Numbered from the stretch's first letter, positions 51,183 through 60,822 are shown. The stretch: DNA of 64,000 bases from an uncultured Alphaproteobacteria bacterium (GCA_913041535.1 CAJWJK010000002.1:138793-202792); one strand, 5' to 3'. The notes: a model not told the origin generated them from the letters alone. Numbers and translations are program-made.

Positions 51183-52973
51183 CTAAGGGAGCTTACCAGC
51201 CATCGCTTTAAATGACTCACTATTGCTGACAAGGTACTCGTAACTACCAGTTGCAACTATGCGACCACCTTCAATGATGTGAATAGCATCACTAAATTGA
51301 ACGGTATGAAGACGGTGTGCGATAGTAACGGTTGTTATTGTACCGGCTAAATCTCTAATAGTTTCAGTGACGATACTTTCAGTCACATTGTCCAGTGAAC
51401 TCGTAGCTTCATCCAGAACTAGAAGCTGCGGTCGGCGGTAGAGTGCACGGGCAATGGCTAGGCGTTGCAATTGTCCGCCACTGAAACGAACACCGCTCTC
51501 ACCGAGTCGTGTGTCATAACCATCTGGTAGGTCCCCAACAATAAAATCATGGATATGCGCTTTCTTTGCTGCTTCAATAACTGAACTGGTATCAATCTCA
51601 TCATAGGAGACAGCAAAAGCAATGTTCTGTGTGATACTATCGTCGAGGTAATGTACGTGCTGGGGCACATAAGCTACTTGTTGCTGCCATGCCCGAAGAT
51701 TTTCGTGTGTGAGAATCACATCATCTATAAGGACCTTTCCATTTGTGGGTACCAATAACCCCATTATGGTTTCGACCAGCGTAGATTTCCCTGCGCCCGT
51801 CGCTCCCACAAAGGCTATGCTGCTGCCTTTTTCGACAACTAAACTAATGTTATCGATAACATCTGTGTCTTCGCTGGGATAGTGGTATGACACTTGGTCA
51901 AGGGTAATCTCTTTAAAGAAAGGCAGGGGTGGAGGAGGTTGCTGATCGGTAGTAACGGGCGCTGTAGCTGCGCTACTAAATTCTTCCACCAAACTTTTTG
52001 CCACGGCATAAGATGTCCGCATTTGACTAATCGATTGGAATAGTTGGGAGAGAAGTGGGATTAGCCTATACCCAGCCATCGCGAATAAGGCAATAATTGC
52101 AATGCTATCTGACGAGCGGCCCTCTGAATCTAAGGTCGATAGCACCACCGCTAGCAGCCCTACAAACACGACTGTTTCGATCAGGTAGCGAGGTAGCTGC
52201 GCAATCAAGACTTTGCCAATTCCGATACGCGACAATCGTTTAGCAGCCATCCAAAAAAGGTTGGAGAAGTAATTTTCCCCGCCTTGAAGTTTAAGTTCCT
52301 TAATACCTCTAAATGCCTCATCTGTAGTCCGAAATGCTTGCTCCGTGGCAATGCGACCCTGATGACCTAACCAGGTTGAACGATAGCGAATCAATAAATA
52401 GATACAGACGTAGATGCTTCCTAAGCTTAGTACTGCAAGTCCTGTTACCATGGGTTCTTGCCATAGGAGAAACGCCAATATTGCAATTACGGTCAAGGCG
52501 TTTGAGAACACCATGATACCAGCAACCAAGTAACCAGATGTGAGCTGGGCTACCTCCACTAGGAGATTCTTGCGAAGTTCCCCTGTGTTGAGGGTAAGAA
52601 ACGCCTCATAACGTTGTTCTAGATAATGGCGCATACGTCGGTACGACAGGCGGTGTATCATCGTCTGTGCAAAATAGGTGCGAAAAAACAATGATGCTGC
52701 ACCTACAATATTTCGGAAAATGATCACAAAAATTAGTCCCAACCCGCTGTATGTTAGAAAATCTGTGTCACTCGAACTCCCCAAAGTTTCGCGGGCCTGC
52801 GATAATATTTGCGAACTACTTATTAGTGATGGATCTGCAACAATGCGGACGTAGGCGACAATTGAGCCGATGCCTGCCACTTCAGCAGCCGATAAGACAA
52901 TTGCCAAAAATAGAACCCATATAGCTAGCCAACGGTCCTGTCTTGATAATATTTTAAGGAGTTTTACTAACAA
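51183..52973 (-). CDS. ABC exporter with a fused permease and ATPase (MsbA/PglK/NdvA-like type I exporter)
   Basis: 596 aa with a six-helix N-terminal transmembrane domain. The nucleotide-binding domain carries Walker A GATGAGKST, signature FSGGQLQR and Walker B LLVLDEATS. Confidence 0.85.
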   Translation of the reverse strand: MLVKLLKILSRQDRWLAIWVLFLAIVLSAAEVAGIGSIVAYVRIVADPSLISSSQILSQARETLGSSSDTDFLTYSGLGLIFVIIFRNIVGAASLFFRTYFAQTMIHRLSYRRMRHYLEQRYEAFLTLNTGELRKNLLVEVAQLTSGYLVAGIMVFSNALTVIAILAFLLWQEPMVTGLAVLSLGSIYVCIYLLIRYRSTWLGHQGRIATEQAFRTTDEAFRGIKELKLQGGENYFSNLFWMAAKRLSRIGIGKVLIAQLPRYLIETVVFVGLLAVVLSTLDSEGRSSDSIAIIALFAMAGYRLIPLLSQLFQSISQMRTSYAVAKSLVEEFSSAATAPVTTDQQPPPPLPFFKEITLDQVSYHYPSEDTDVIDNISLVVEKGSSIAFVGATGAGKSTLVETIMGLLVPTNGKVLIDDVILTHENLRAWQQQVAYVPQHVHYLDDSITQNIAFAVSYDEIDTSSVIEAAKKAHIHDFIVGDLPDGYDTRLGESGVRFSGGQLQRLAIARALYRRPQLLVLDEATSSLDNVTESIVTETIRDLAGTITTVTIAHRLHTVQFSDAIHIIEGGRIVATGSYEYLVSNSESFKAMAGKLP

Positions 52974-52994
52974 AGCCGGGTATTTATTTCATTT

Positions 52995-54098
52995 TCAGTA
53001 AAGTGATTGCCAAGCTTGCGGAGGTGGTTGTTTGGGTGTTATGAGCTCCAGTCCTTCAGTGCACATAAACTTTCCCAGCATCAACATCTTGTTTTGTAGA
53101 CTCGGCAAAGAGAGGATAGCGCTCAACGCCACATGTCGTGACACTGTGCGCAGTTCATAGCCGAATCTCTCTGCCGTATTACCAGAGATTGAGCTAATGA
53201 TTGATAGTTCTCGTTCGTCCAGCTGATCGCTCCAGCGCGTCATGGGAACCTTGCTAATTCCTCCATAGCTCTCGTCTCTGCTATTTGTAGCACCTCCACT
53301 AATGGTTTGAAGTAGCGCTTCCAATTGATCGTTTCTAAGACCATCCCCTACCATGAATGTGTACAGACGATTTAGTTCTGCACAGGGGTCCTGTACAAAG
53401 TCTTCATAACGAACCCAGGTCACAGATCCAGGATTCTGAGATGTGAACCGAAGCATCATAAGTGTTGTAAAGCGCCAATAGAGACTCATTTGTATGATAT
53501 CGGTAAGGGTATTTTCAGTTGTATCGGATCGCTGTTTCCGTCGAGCGTTGCGTCGTGCATTGGACAAGATCACCGATCGGGGGTCGCGAACGACAAATAC
53601 AAAGCGCGCCATGGGCAGAGAACGTCGTATTGTAAGTAAACCACGCCAATTATTGGCCTTATCGATCCAACACTCTAACGAAGGCAACTCTTTATCAAAG
53701 TTGTTACTGAGGGAGTAGAAGAGTGGGTAAAGCTTATACAGTTCAGAAAAGCTTTTTCGCTTTAAGGCTCCTGCATAGCGACGACCAAGAGAGTTTGGTT
53801 CAAATTCATCCTTGCCTCTTATTAGATCCCGTGGGGGAAAGTAACGTGGGGCACACAAAAGGGTTCGCCACGTTCGTTCGTCTACGCGGTTTCTATATTT
53901 CCAGACACGATTTACAAAGTATGTTTCTCCTGGAAGGCTCATAGCCCGAGGATGGAGGCCAAGAGAGCGAAAAATCACAGAAGTTCCGCTACGCGTTGGA
54001 CCCATCAGATATACTAGGCGAGAAAGCATTTCGTCGCTCGGTTCTACGAGCGAGGCTGAATTAGTTTGTATCGTGGTTTGGGTGGTATCTTTAATCAT
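52995..54098 (-). CDS. Sulfotransferase-family protein
   Basis: LMGPTRSGTSVIF (5'-PSB PxxSGTT-like) and FVFVVRDPRSVILS (3'-PB RDP...S). Confidence 0.65.
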   Translation of the reverse strand: MIKDTTQTTIQTNSASLVEPSDEMLSRLVYLMGPTRSGTSVIFRSLGLHPRAMSLPGETYFVNRVWKYRNRVDERTWRTLLCAPRYFPPRDLIRGKDEFEPNSLGRRYAGALKRKSFSELYKLYPLFYSLSNNFDKELPSLECWIDKANNWRGLLTIRRSLPMARFVFVVRDPRSVILSNARRNARRKQRSDTTENTLTDIIQMSLYWRFTTLMMLRFTSQNPGSVTWVRYEDFVQDPCAELNRLYTFMVGDGLRNDQLEALLQTISGGATNSRDESYGGISKVPMTRWSDQLDERELSIISSISGNTAERFGYELRTVSRHVALSAILSLPSLQNKMLMLGKFMCTEGLELITPKQPPPQAWQSLY

Positions 54099-54106
54099 AG
54101 AGAGAC

Positions 54107-54799
54107 CTACGACTCAATCTCCCGAATGACAGAAAAGGCTTCAGCTGCTTCGAGACCAACGCTGGCGCCTCGCAGGTGGGCAAGAGCTGTAACTGCTTGG
54201 ATTGAGCGGGCGTGTGGAAAGGGTGCAATTTCTTCAGCGTAGCAGTTCAAGGCTCTAATTTTCTGGTCGAGTTGTGGTGTGACGTCTACAAATCGGTTGG
54301 GGGAAAAGGGAATGGCAGTTGATGCTGGTCTCCACTCAGTACTCGACAGGGTTTCAAATGCGTATAAACCACGGATTATGCTTTTTGGAATTGGTCGACA
54401 GGCCGTCACTACTGCTTCGTGGGTAATTCTGTGGTCAATGTTTAAATCTCCGCCATGGTGGGTATAGACGCGAGTCGGTTTAAATTTATCGATAATAGGC
54501 TCAATATGTCTGATTATATCGAGAAGGGGTAAAGTATCGAGCTTATTGTCAGGCAGGTGCGCGTGATGTGGGGGCAAATATCCTAATATATTTGCTGCTT
54601 TCTTTGCTGCATCGACGAGTAGTGGCACACTAGATCTGTGAACATTGCCTCCTACACCCGTGTCTCTGGAGGTAGCACCTTCACCAAGTATTATGACGTT
54701 AACGGGAATTTGTGCGCTGGCGTATCGTGCCAGTGTACCTCCAACTCCTAGTACTTCATCGTCAGGATGCGCGACTACGGCCAAGATGCGTTCGGTCAT
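54107..54799 (-). CDS. PIG-L/LmbE-family de-N-acetylase
   Basis: ILAVVAHPDDEVLGVGGT is the signature motif, with a downstream HxxH. The start is taken at Met (MTERIL) at 54799. The ORF-track start at 54862 would overlap the upstream gene. Confidence 0.8.
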   Translation of the reverse strand: MTERILAVVAHPDDEVLGVGGTLARYASAQIPVNVIILGEGATSRDTGVGGNVHRSSVPLLVDAAKKAANILGYLPPHHAHLPDNKLDTLPLLDIIRHIEPIIDKFKPTRVYTHHGGDLNIDHRITHEAVVTACRPIPKSIIRGLYAFETLSSTEWRPASTAIPFSPNRFVDVTPQLDQKIRALNCYAEEIAPFPHARSIQAVTALAHLRGASVGLEAAEAFSVIREIES

Positions 54800-54807
54800 C
54801 GTACAGT

Positions 54808-56103
54808 CTAACTCTTTGGACGCACTTGGAAGACTGGCTGAATGAGTTCTCCACGCATCCAATCAGCTGGGTTACTGGACGAAAGGGCTTTGGAAACACT
54901 GTACATAGCCTGTTTCCATGCTGACTTTGTGTTCGCGAACACCTGATCATCGTCGTGGGCCAGGCATAGGTTGAAGGCACTTCCCATAAATATACCATTT
55001 TCAATTAGTTCTTGACGGAGCAGGCTTGTGGCGAGGATAGGGTTTTTGTCTCTGCTAGTCACAACTGGTCGCCAGTCAGGCCCCCCCACGTTGAATCGTG
55101 TGGTCAGATTTAAACTGTTAAGGACTTCCCTCGCCATTGACTTAAGTCTAGCACCAAGAGTGCTCATCCGTTTAGTGGCATCGGTTGCTTTCAGCTTATC
55201 AATCGTGGCTATAGCGGCCGCTAAAGATAAAGCTTCGCCACCGAAAGTAGTAGAAAAAAATATTTTCTCCAAGTGGGTCATAATCTCCGCTCGGCCTACC
55301 AGTGCAGCAATAGGCATGCCATTAGCCATAGCCTTTCCAAAGCATGCGAGGTCTGGGGTAACGCCGTAAAATTTCTGGGCTCCCCCAAGGTCGATCCGAA
55401 ATCCCGTAATAATTTCATCAAATATCAACACGCTGCCGTAGAAGTTCGCGAGCTCTCTGACTTCCTTAAGGAATCCACTACGAGGATCTTCCATGCCCGC
55501 CGGCTCTAGAATAATTGCAGCGAACCCGTCAGGATCGTTGGAAAGTAAGCTTTCTATCGAATTCACATCGTTATACTTAAATTGAGATGATAAAGACTGT
55601 ACCGCCTCTGGCACGCCTAAATTGCGCGTGGTTGTTCCTATATACCAATCGTGCCAGCCGTGATAGCCGCACACGGCGACACGATCACGTCCTGTATGCG
55701 CGCGGGCCAGTCGGATCGCTGCGGCGGTGACGTCGGAACCGTTCTTTCCGAATCGCACCATATCTGCACACGGAATCAATTCAAGAAGGCGTTCAGCGAG
55801 CTCCAGCTCCAACTCAGTCGCAAGAGAAAAAATTATTCCCTTGTCTAGCTGTGTACGGATCGCCTTATCGACATCAGGGTCCTGATAGCCCAGAACGATA
55901 GGAAGCAACCCGAGCACATAATCTACATAACGGTTATCATCAACATCCCAGACAATTGCTCCCGCGCCGCGATTGAAAAAGTTTGGTGATACCCCTTTTG
56001 GAAAGTTCAGAGCTGACTTTGAATGTGTCTGCGTAGCTAATGGGATCGACTGAAGAGTTTTTCTGTACAGATCATCTGATAATGAGAAGTCTCTATATGC
56101 CAT
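54808..56103 (-). CDS. Class-III PLP-dependent aminotransferase (glutamate-1-semialdehyde aminomutase-like)
   Basis: 431 aa. DEIITGFRIDLGGAQKFYGVTPDLACFGKAMANGMP contains the PLP Lys region. The N-terminus is GSA-AT-like (GAIVWDVDDNRYVDY). Confidence 0.8.
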   Translation of the reverse strand: MAYRDFSLSDDLYRKTLQSIPLATQTHSKSALNFPKGVSPNFFNRGAGAIVWDVDDNRYVDYVLGLLPIVLGYQDPDVDKAIRTQLDKGIIFSLATELELELAERLLELIPCADMVRFGKNGSDVTAAAIRLARAHTGRDRVAVCGYHGWHDWYIGTTTRNLGVPEAVQSLSSQFKYNDVNSIESLLSNDPDGFAAIILEPAGMEDPRSGFLKEVRELANFYGSVLIFDEIITGFRIDLGGAQKFYGVTPDLACFGKAMANGMPIAALVGRAEIMTHLEKIFFSTTFGGEALSLAAAIATIDKLKATDATKRMSTLGARLKSMAREVLNSLNLTTRFNVGGPDWRPVVTSRDKNPILATSLLRQELIENGIFMGSAFNLCLAHDDDQVFANTKSAWKQAMYSVSKALSSSNPADWMRGELIQPVFQVRPKS

Positions 56104-56402
56104 GATTTTTCGGGTGTTTAGGAGAAGGGATATACAGTATACGAGGGAATGGAACTACATCTATTTCCATGCTCCAAAGAAGTCCGTATCCAATACGGCA
56201 TTAGAGATCTCATTGTTTATTAACTTCTGGTTGGAGCAGGACTCATGCTAGCCATTGCGAGGACAAGAGCGAGCCGTGTGGTTGCGGAATGATGTTTCAT
56301 CGATAAGATGTTTATTTAATATAGGCTTGATCGTAAAGTACTGTTTCAATCATACTTTCGCTGTAGGTCTGTTTCATCGATTTAATCTAATATTTCGGTG
56401 CC

Positions 56403-56984
56403 ATGGTGATTCCAATGGATGTTTTGCTCCTTTCGCCGTATCCGGAAACGCTAATACCAATATTGCGCAAGGGTTCAGATGTCCGAGTGACCACAACCGA
56501 TGCGGAGATATCTAGTTGTCCTGATACAGAGTTTATCGTGGTATATGGTTATAAACACATCCTCCGCGACCCTATTCTTAGTAAGTTTTCTGGACGAGTT
56601 ATCAACCTCCATGTTTCTTTGTTGCCGTGGAATCGGGGTTATGATCCAAACTTCTGGTCATGGCTTGAGAATACGCCGAAGGGCATTAGTATTCATCAAG
56701 TTGACTCTGGCATCGACACGGGGCCGATTCTTGTGCAGGAATCCGCTGTTTTGGGCGGAGATGATGAAACGTTAAAGACCTCGTATTGGAAGCTTCGCCG
56801 TCAGATTGAGAGCCTATTTGCTCGCAAATGGCCCTACATCTGTAATGGCGATATTGAGCCACAGGAGCAACAAGGTTTAGGTTCATTCCACTTGGCCAAG
56901 GATCGCTTGCCTTACTTTACAGAAATGCCGTTGGGTTGGGATACTCCCGTAAGAATACTGGAGGAGTGGAGCAGTAAGCGCTAG
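56403..56984 (+). CDS. Formyltransferase-domain protein (N10-formyl-THF-dependent, likely sugar N-formyltransferase)
   Basis: 193 aa. INLHVSLLPWNRG contains the catalytic HxSLLPxxRG, and an SIH..D region follows. The protein is the Formyl_trans_N domain only. Confidence 0.7.
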   Translation: MVIPMDVLLLSPYPETLIPILRKGSDVRVTTTDAEISSCPDTEFIVVYGYKHILRDPILSKFSGRVINLHVSLLPWNRGYDPNFWSWLENTPKGISIHQVDSGIDTGPILVQESAVLGGDDETLKTSYWKLRRQIESLFARKWPYICNGDIEPQEQQGLGSFHLAKDRLPYFTEMPLGWDTPVRILEEWSSKR

Positions 56985-57039
56985 GAGGCTCGAATCATAG
57001 CCTCTAAAGTGATGGGGTGGCGACTATAATGCATCAGGA

Positions 57040-57753
57040 TCATATGGTTCTGTTTTGCGTGCGAACGCAGTTGTTCTCTATTACGTATTGAAGGATATCA
57101 CTCATAGTAAAGTCTGGGTTTTGGGGGTAAAGGGCTCCATAAATGTTACGGATAAATGCCAAATCGTCTGGATAATCCACGGTCCAACGGTGGTGAGACA
57201 GATCTGGGCACCCTGTCAAATGACCAGTATGGAACTCTCCGGATCTCAGGTATGGAGTTACGTGTTCCCGGTCTATATCAGTTTTAGCCTCGCGCCAAGC
57301 TCTTCTCAGTGCGCTAAGCCTACAGATTTCTACGTCGAGTCCGTCTGGAAATGAGCGAGTCTCTATATTCGAGGTATAGTCGAATTCTCCAGAGAAATGT
57401 TGTGATACAGTTGCATCGATAATGGTCGGGTCAATCAATGGGCAATCGGCTGTTAGTCGCACTATATGGTCAGGCTTGTATAGGAGGGCTGCTTGGTAGA
57501 ATCGGTCCAAAACATCATCCAATGAACCTCTAAAGGATTTGGTTGAAGACCGCTCGCAAAGTTCCACTATGACGTCGTCACTCGATTGGTCACTGGTTGC
57601 GACCACTAGTTCGTCAATCTCCTGTGCTCTGCGAATGCGGCGAATCTGATGCAACATCATCGGCTCACCAAGAACTGGTGCCAGGACTTTCCCGGGGCAT
57701 CTGCGAGATGACATGCGAGCTTGCAGTATACAGAGTATCATTATTGCGGCCAT
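57040..57753 (-). CDS. Cytidylyltransferase of the acylneuraminate/SpsF/PseF family (CMP-sugar synthetase)
   Basis: ILQARMSSRRCPGKVL matches the IQARxGSxRLPGK motif of CMP-NeuAc/CMP-Pse/SpsF cytidylyltransferases. Confidence 0.75.
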   Translation of the reverse strand: MAAIMILCILQARMSSRRCPGKVLAPVLGEPMMLHQIRRIRRAQEIDELVVATSDQSSDDVIVELCERSSTKSFRGSLDDVLDRFYQAALLYKPDHIVRLTADCPLIDPTIIDATVSQHFSGEFDYTSNIETRSFPDGLDVEICRLSALRRAWREAKTDIDREHVTPYLRSGEFHTGHLTGCPDLSHHRWTVDYPDDLAFIRNIYGALYPQNPDFTMSDILQYVIENNCVRTQNRTI

Positions 57754-58661
57754 TTGCGCGGATCAATCACACTCAATTTGTGAACGGCAAATGGTTCAAA
57801 CCCCTTAATGTCTGTTTTGGGCAAGCGATAAGCATCTAATATATCTTTCAGCTGTTTTACGGAGCACACACCGACAACTATGGCGTGCACTGAAGGTTGG
57901 CGTTTAATGAAATCAATAGCTGCTTGCATTGGTGTTATTCCAAGGCGAATGAGTGTATTCCTGTAGTTGAGAAGTGTGCCCATGACACATTCAAAATGTG
58001 GCGGGAGTTGATCCGGAGACATTAACAGCGCGCCCTGTAGAAATGCCGATCGAGCGTGCACCTCTATGCTTGAGTCTTTGAGCTGAGAGAGAATGCCTGA
58101 TGAAAAAAACCTCTGATCCAGTACGTTAAGCGGAAGCTGTATTAGATCAATTCTATAACGATCAAGAATTTTTTCTGTCTGTAGGGGTTCATATACTGAC
58201 ACCCCCACCTTAGCTACTTTCCCTAACTCTTTAAGTCGCATGGCTCTTTCTATAAGTCTTTCCCCACCCTCTGTTAGAAGATCATCGCCGCTATGAATCA
58301 AAAGCCCATATAACATCTCGAGCCGCATGTATTTGAGAGATGTATTCAACGAATTTTCGAGTATATTGGCATGGTCGTTGCTGATGTGCTGGCATCCAAA
58401 CGCTGGAGATTTAGTCACAATCTTAAATTTGTGTTCCGGGCGGATGATACCGCCTATGATTCTTTCTGCATCTCCGTATACGGCTGCAGTATCAAGAATG
58501 GTGACCCCTTCTTCGGCCGCATAGTCGAGAATCTCCCGAACTTCGGATATGGCGGGTCGGATTCCTCTATTAGCAATTCCATAGGGTAATCCAAATTGGA
58601 CGGTACCCAGCCCAATTTGCAATCGGTTAGTTAATATAGGTCCGACGGTGCTGGAGATCAT
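57741..58661 (-). CDS. Aldo/keto reductase
   Basis: LGTVQFGLPYGIANRG...ILDTAAVYGDAE is the AKR N-terminus. Its end overlaps the cytidylyltransferase by 13 nt. Confidence 0.8.
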   Translation of the reverse strand: MISSTVGPILTNRLQIGLGTVQFGLPYGIANRGIRPAISEVREILDYAAEEGVTILDTAAVYGDAERIIGGIIRPEHKFKIVTKSPAFGCQHISNDHANILENSLNTSLKYMRLEMLYGLLIHSGDDLLTEGGERLIERAMRLKELGKVAKVGVSVYEPLQTEKILDRYRIDLIQLPLNVLDQRFFSSGILSQLKDSSIEVHARSAFLQGALLMSPDQLPPHFECVMGTLLNYRNTLIRLGITPMQAAIDFIKRQPSVHAIVVGVCSVKQLKDILDAYRLPKTDIKGFEPFAVHKLSVIDPRKWPQ

Positions 58662-59935
58662 ATTTGAAGGTAGCTCATCAGAATGTGAAGTTCTGGGTCA
58701 AATAAGTTTGGCTTGCGAAAAAACGACATGTGCTGTGTTTTTACATTCGAGTAGTTGAAATGTCGGGTGAGCAATCCAACTAAGAGGCTGTATGGAATGC
58801 GAAAGATTTCATAGCGTTCGTCGTCAATATTGTTCTCTTTTACGCGAGTCACTTTGGTATTGGCTAGGCTAAGCCTGTATAGCTCGCTTTCTCCTACGTC
58901 GATGAAATAGGTGGCTTGGGATTTTGTGTCTGTACGATCCTGCCATTTCTTCTGATTCAATCTTGCCGTTGTAAGCATTCTTGTGAGATCAATCCTCTCT
59001 GATGGGGCAATATAGAAATTTCCTCCCTCATCAAATGGGCCAGATATGCGTGATATAGATTCTACATAACCCCTTTCACTACTGAACCCGCGTTCATTAA
59101 ACTCCCCAAACCGTTGGCCCGTATGAAGGTCAAATTGGCATCCCTCAGATAGCAATACAGGAGTAAAATCATAGATAGATTGCGCGTAGTCAATGGCGTC
59201 CTGAGCCTGCCCAGTGCCATAATATGGATAAAGTAACGCCTTGTCTCCGCCGTACAAAGCTTCTGCAGCAAACAGGAACACATACTCTGGTGTTAGAACG
59301 CGTATAAAATTTGCGAGCGTTTCATAGTTCCGTTCCGTTTTTCTCTGAGCCTCTCTGGTTTTTTCTTCCGGAGTCAGGTTTTCATAAAACGCTGGATACG
59401 GGCCTAGATAATTAAATGGAACACAAGCTAGATCAATTGGCCCATAAAGGTTCTTTAAAAGGGTGAGTTGTTCTTCATGAAACGGGTTATCGTTGGCGTT
59501 TAGAATTCGCTTCCCATCAATGCAAAATATTCCTAAGGAGTCTACCTCTGAGTAAACCTCCGAAGGATGCAGCCAACATCGGTCTTGGCCATTAAGCAAT
59601 AGCCCTGTTTTAGGATCAGAGACACGAACATCGGTGAAACCAAGTCGACGGACAGCGCGCTCTGTGAAGTTGTGCTCGTAGTAGGAGACGATCACAGGGG
59701 TGGAGAGATTAAATAATGAAAGTGTGTCTGGGTCAAAGTGGTCGGCATGGGTATGGGTTATGTAGATAAAGTCAGGATTTAATGCAGATACATCATTCCG
59801 AGAAAGTGTCGTTTCGGGAAAATTATACAACCCTGACCGAGAGGTCCGTTCGAAAGTAACCCATGGATCACAGAGAACCCGGGTATTCTCCCCCTCAAGA
59901 AGCATCATAGCGTTTACGAAATAGGTGATCTTCAT
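58658..59935 (-). CDS. MBL-fold metallo-hydrolase domain protein with a C-terminal extension of about 220 aa and unknown function
   Basis: FIYITHTHADHFD is the HxHxDH zinc motif. The C-terminal half has no recognisable motif. A 4-nt overlap links it to the AKR gene. Confidence 0.55.
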   Translation of the reverse strand: MKITYFVNAMMLLEGENTRVLCDPWVTFERTSRSGLYNFPETTLSRNDVSALNPDFIYITHTHADHFDPDTLSLFNLSTPVIVSYYEHNFTERAVRRLGFTDVRVSDPKTGLLLNGQDRCWLHPSEVYSEVDSLGIFCIDGKRILNANDNPFHEEQLTLLKNLYGPIDLACVPFNYLGPYPAFYENLTPEEKTREAQRKTERNYETLANFIRVLTPEYVFLFAAEALYGGDKALLYPYYGTGQAQDAIDYAQSIYDFTPVLLSEGCQFDLHTGQRFGEFNERGFSSERGYVESISRISGPFDEGGNFYIAPSERIDLTRMLTTARLNQKKWQDRTDTKSQATYFIDVGESELYRLSLANTKVTRVKENNIDDERYEIFRIPYSLLVGLLTRHFNYSNVKTQHMSFFRKPNLFDPELHILMSYLQI

Positions 59936-60029
59936 CGGCGATCCTACGCGACCGTTTGGTGGTCTATTAATCTAGAGAGACGCTGGTTTGTGAAGAGATT
60001 GCCATAACAATGGTTAAAAGTAAGTTGCA

Positions 60030-60761
60030 CTAGCCTTCTTTGTCCTTGACGATATATCCGGATGGTTGGCGGGTCCACGAAAATGATTGGATTCTAGCGT
60101 TGGGGAGTGTTTCACGTATTGCAATAGCTTCCCCGGGGGACGTCTCCCAGTTGAATTCGTCCAGAACGAGAATTCCACCCGTGTTAAGGCGTGGCCAAAA
60201 GTGAGTCACAGCCGCCTTTACAACTTCGTATACCCCTGCATCGATGAATACAAGCTTGAAGTGAGCTGAGGGAAAAGTTGTAAAGAATTTATCCAAGTCC
60301 TTTGTAATATCCAATTTATGCAGCCGAGCAATGTGTCCTAGATCTTGAATGTCGATGAGGTTTCGCAGCGTATCGTAGTCTGCGCCGCACTTTCCTGGCT
60401 GAACTGTACCGTCCATCTTGCCGGGGTCCATGCCTTGGAACCAATCCAAACCATGAACTAAGGTGTTACTGTTGGGTTCAAAAATATCGACGAGTTTTGC
60501 CCAATATAAAAATGATGCTCCCTTCCATACGCCGATTTCAGCTACGTGTCCGGCAAGATGAGATGTCATCTTGTATAACTCGTAAAGTGATAATTGCCTG
60601 GCGATATTTGCGGATCCATTGAACGCGCCGTTATGATGGATGTAATCAAGTATCGGATGGTTACATGCTAAAATTCTGTCAACGGATTGGTGATAGCTAG
60701 CGTCATTTTTGAATTTGCTAACTTCAAAGTTCTTAACGTCCAAAATGACATCATCAGTCAT
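60030..60761 (-). CDS. TylF/MycF-like class I SAM-dependent O-methyltransferase
   Basis: GHVAEIGVWKGASFLYW is motif I. FIDAGVYEVVKAAVTHFWPRLNTGGILVLDEF matches the TylF family LDxDxYEST...GG.ixxDDY pattern. Confidence 0.55.
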   Translation of the reverse strand: MTDDVILDVKNFEVSKFKNDASYHQSVDRILACNHPILDYIHHNGAFNGSANIARQLSLYELYKMTSHLAGHVAEIGVWKGASFLYWAKLVDIFEPNSNTLVHGLDWFQGMDPGKMDGTVQPGKCGADYDTLRNLIDIQDLGHIARLHKLDITKDLDKFFTTFPSAHFKLVFIDAGVYEVVKAAVTHFWPRLNTGGILVLDEFNWETSPGEAIAIRETLPNARIQSFSWTRQPSGYIVKDKEG

Positions 60762-60822
60762 CGCAGAATACTCCTACTGTATAAATCTAGAGGCTCAGGA
60801 TAAGCACGTATTTTTAGCGTTG

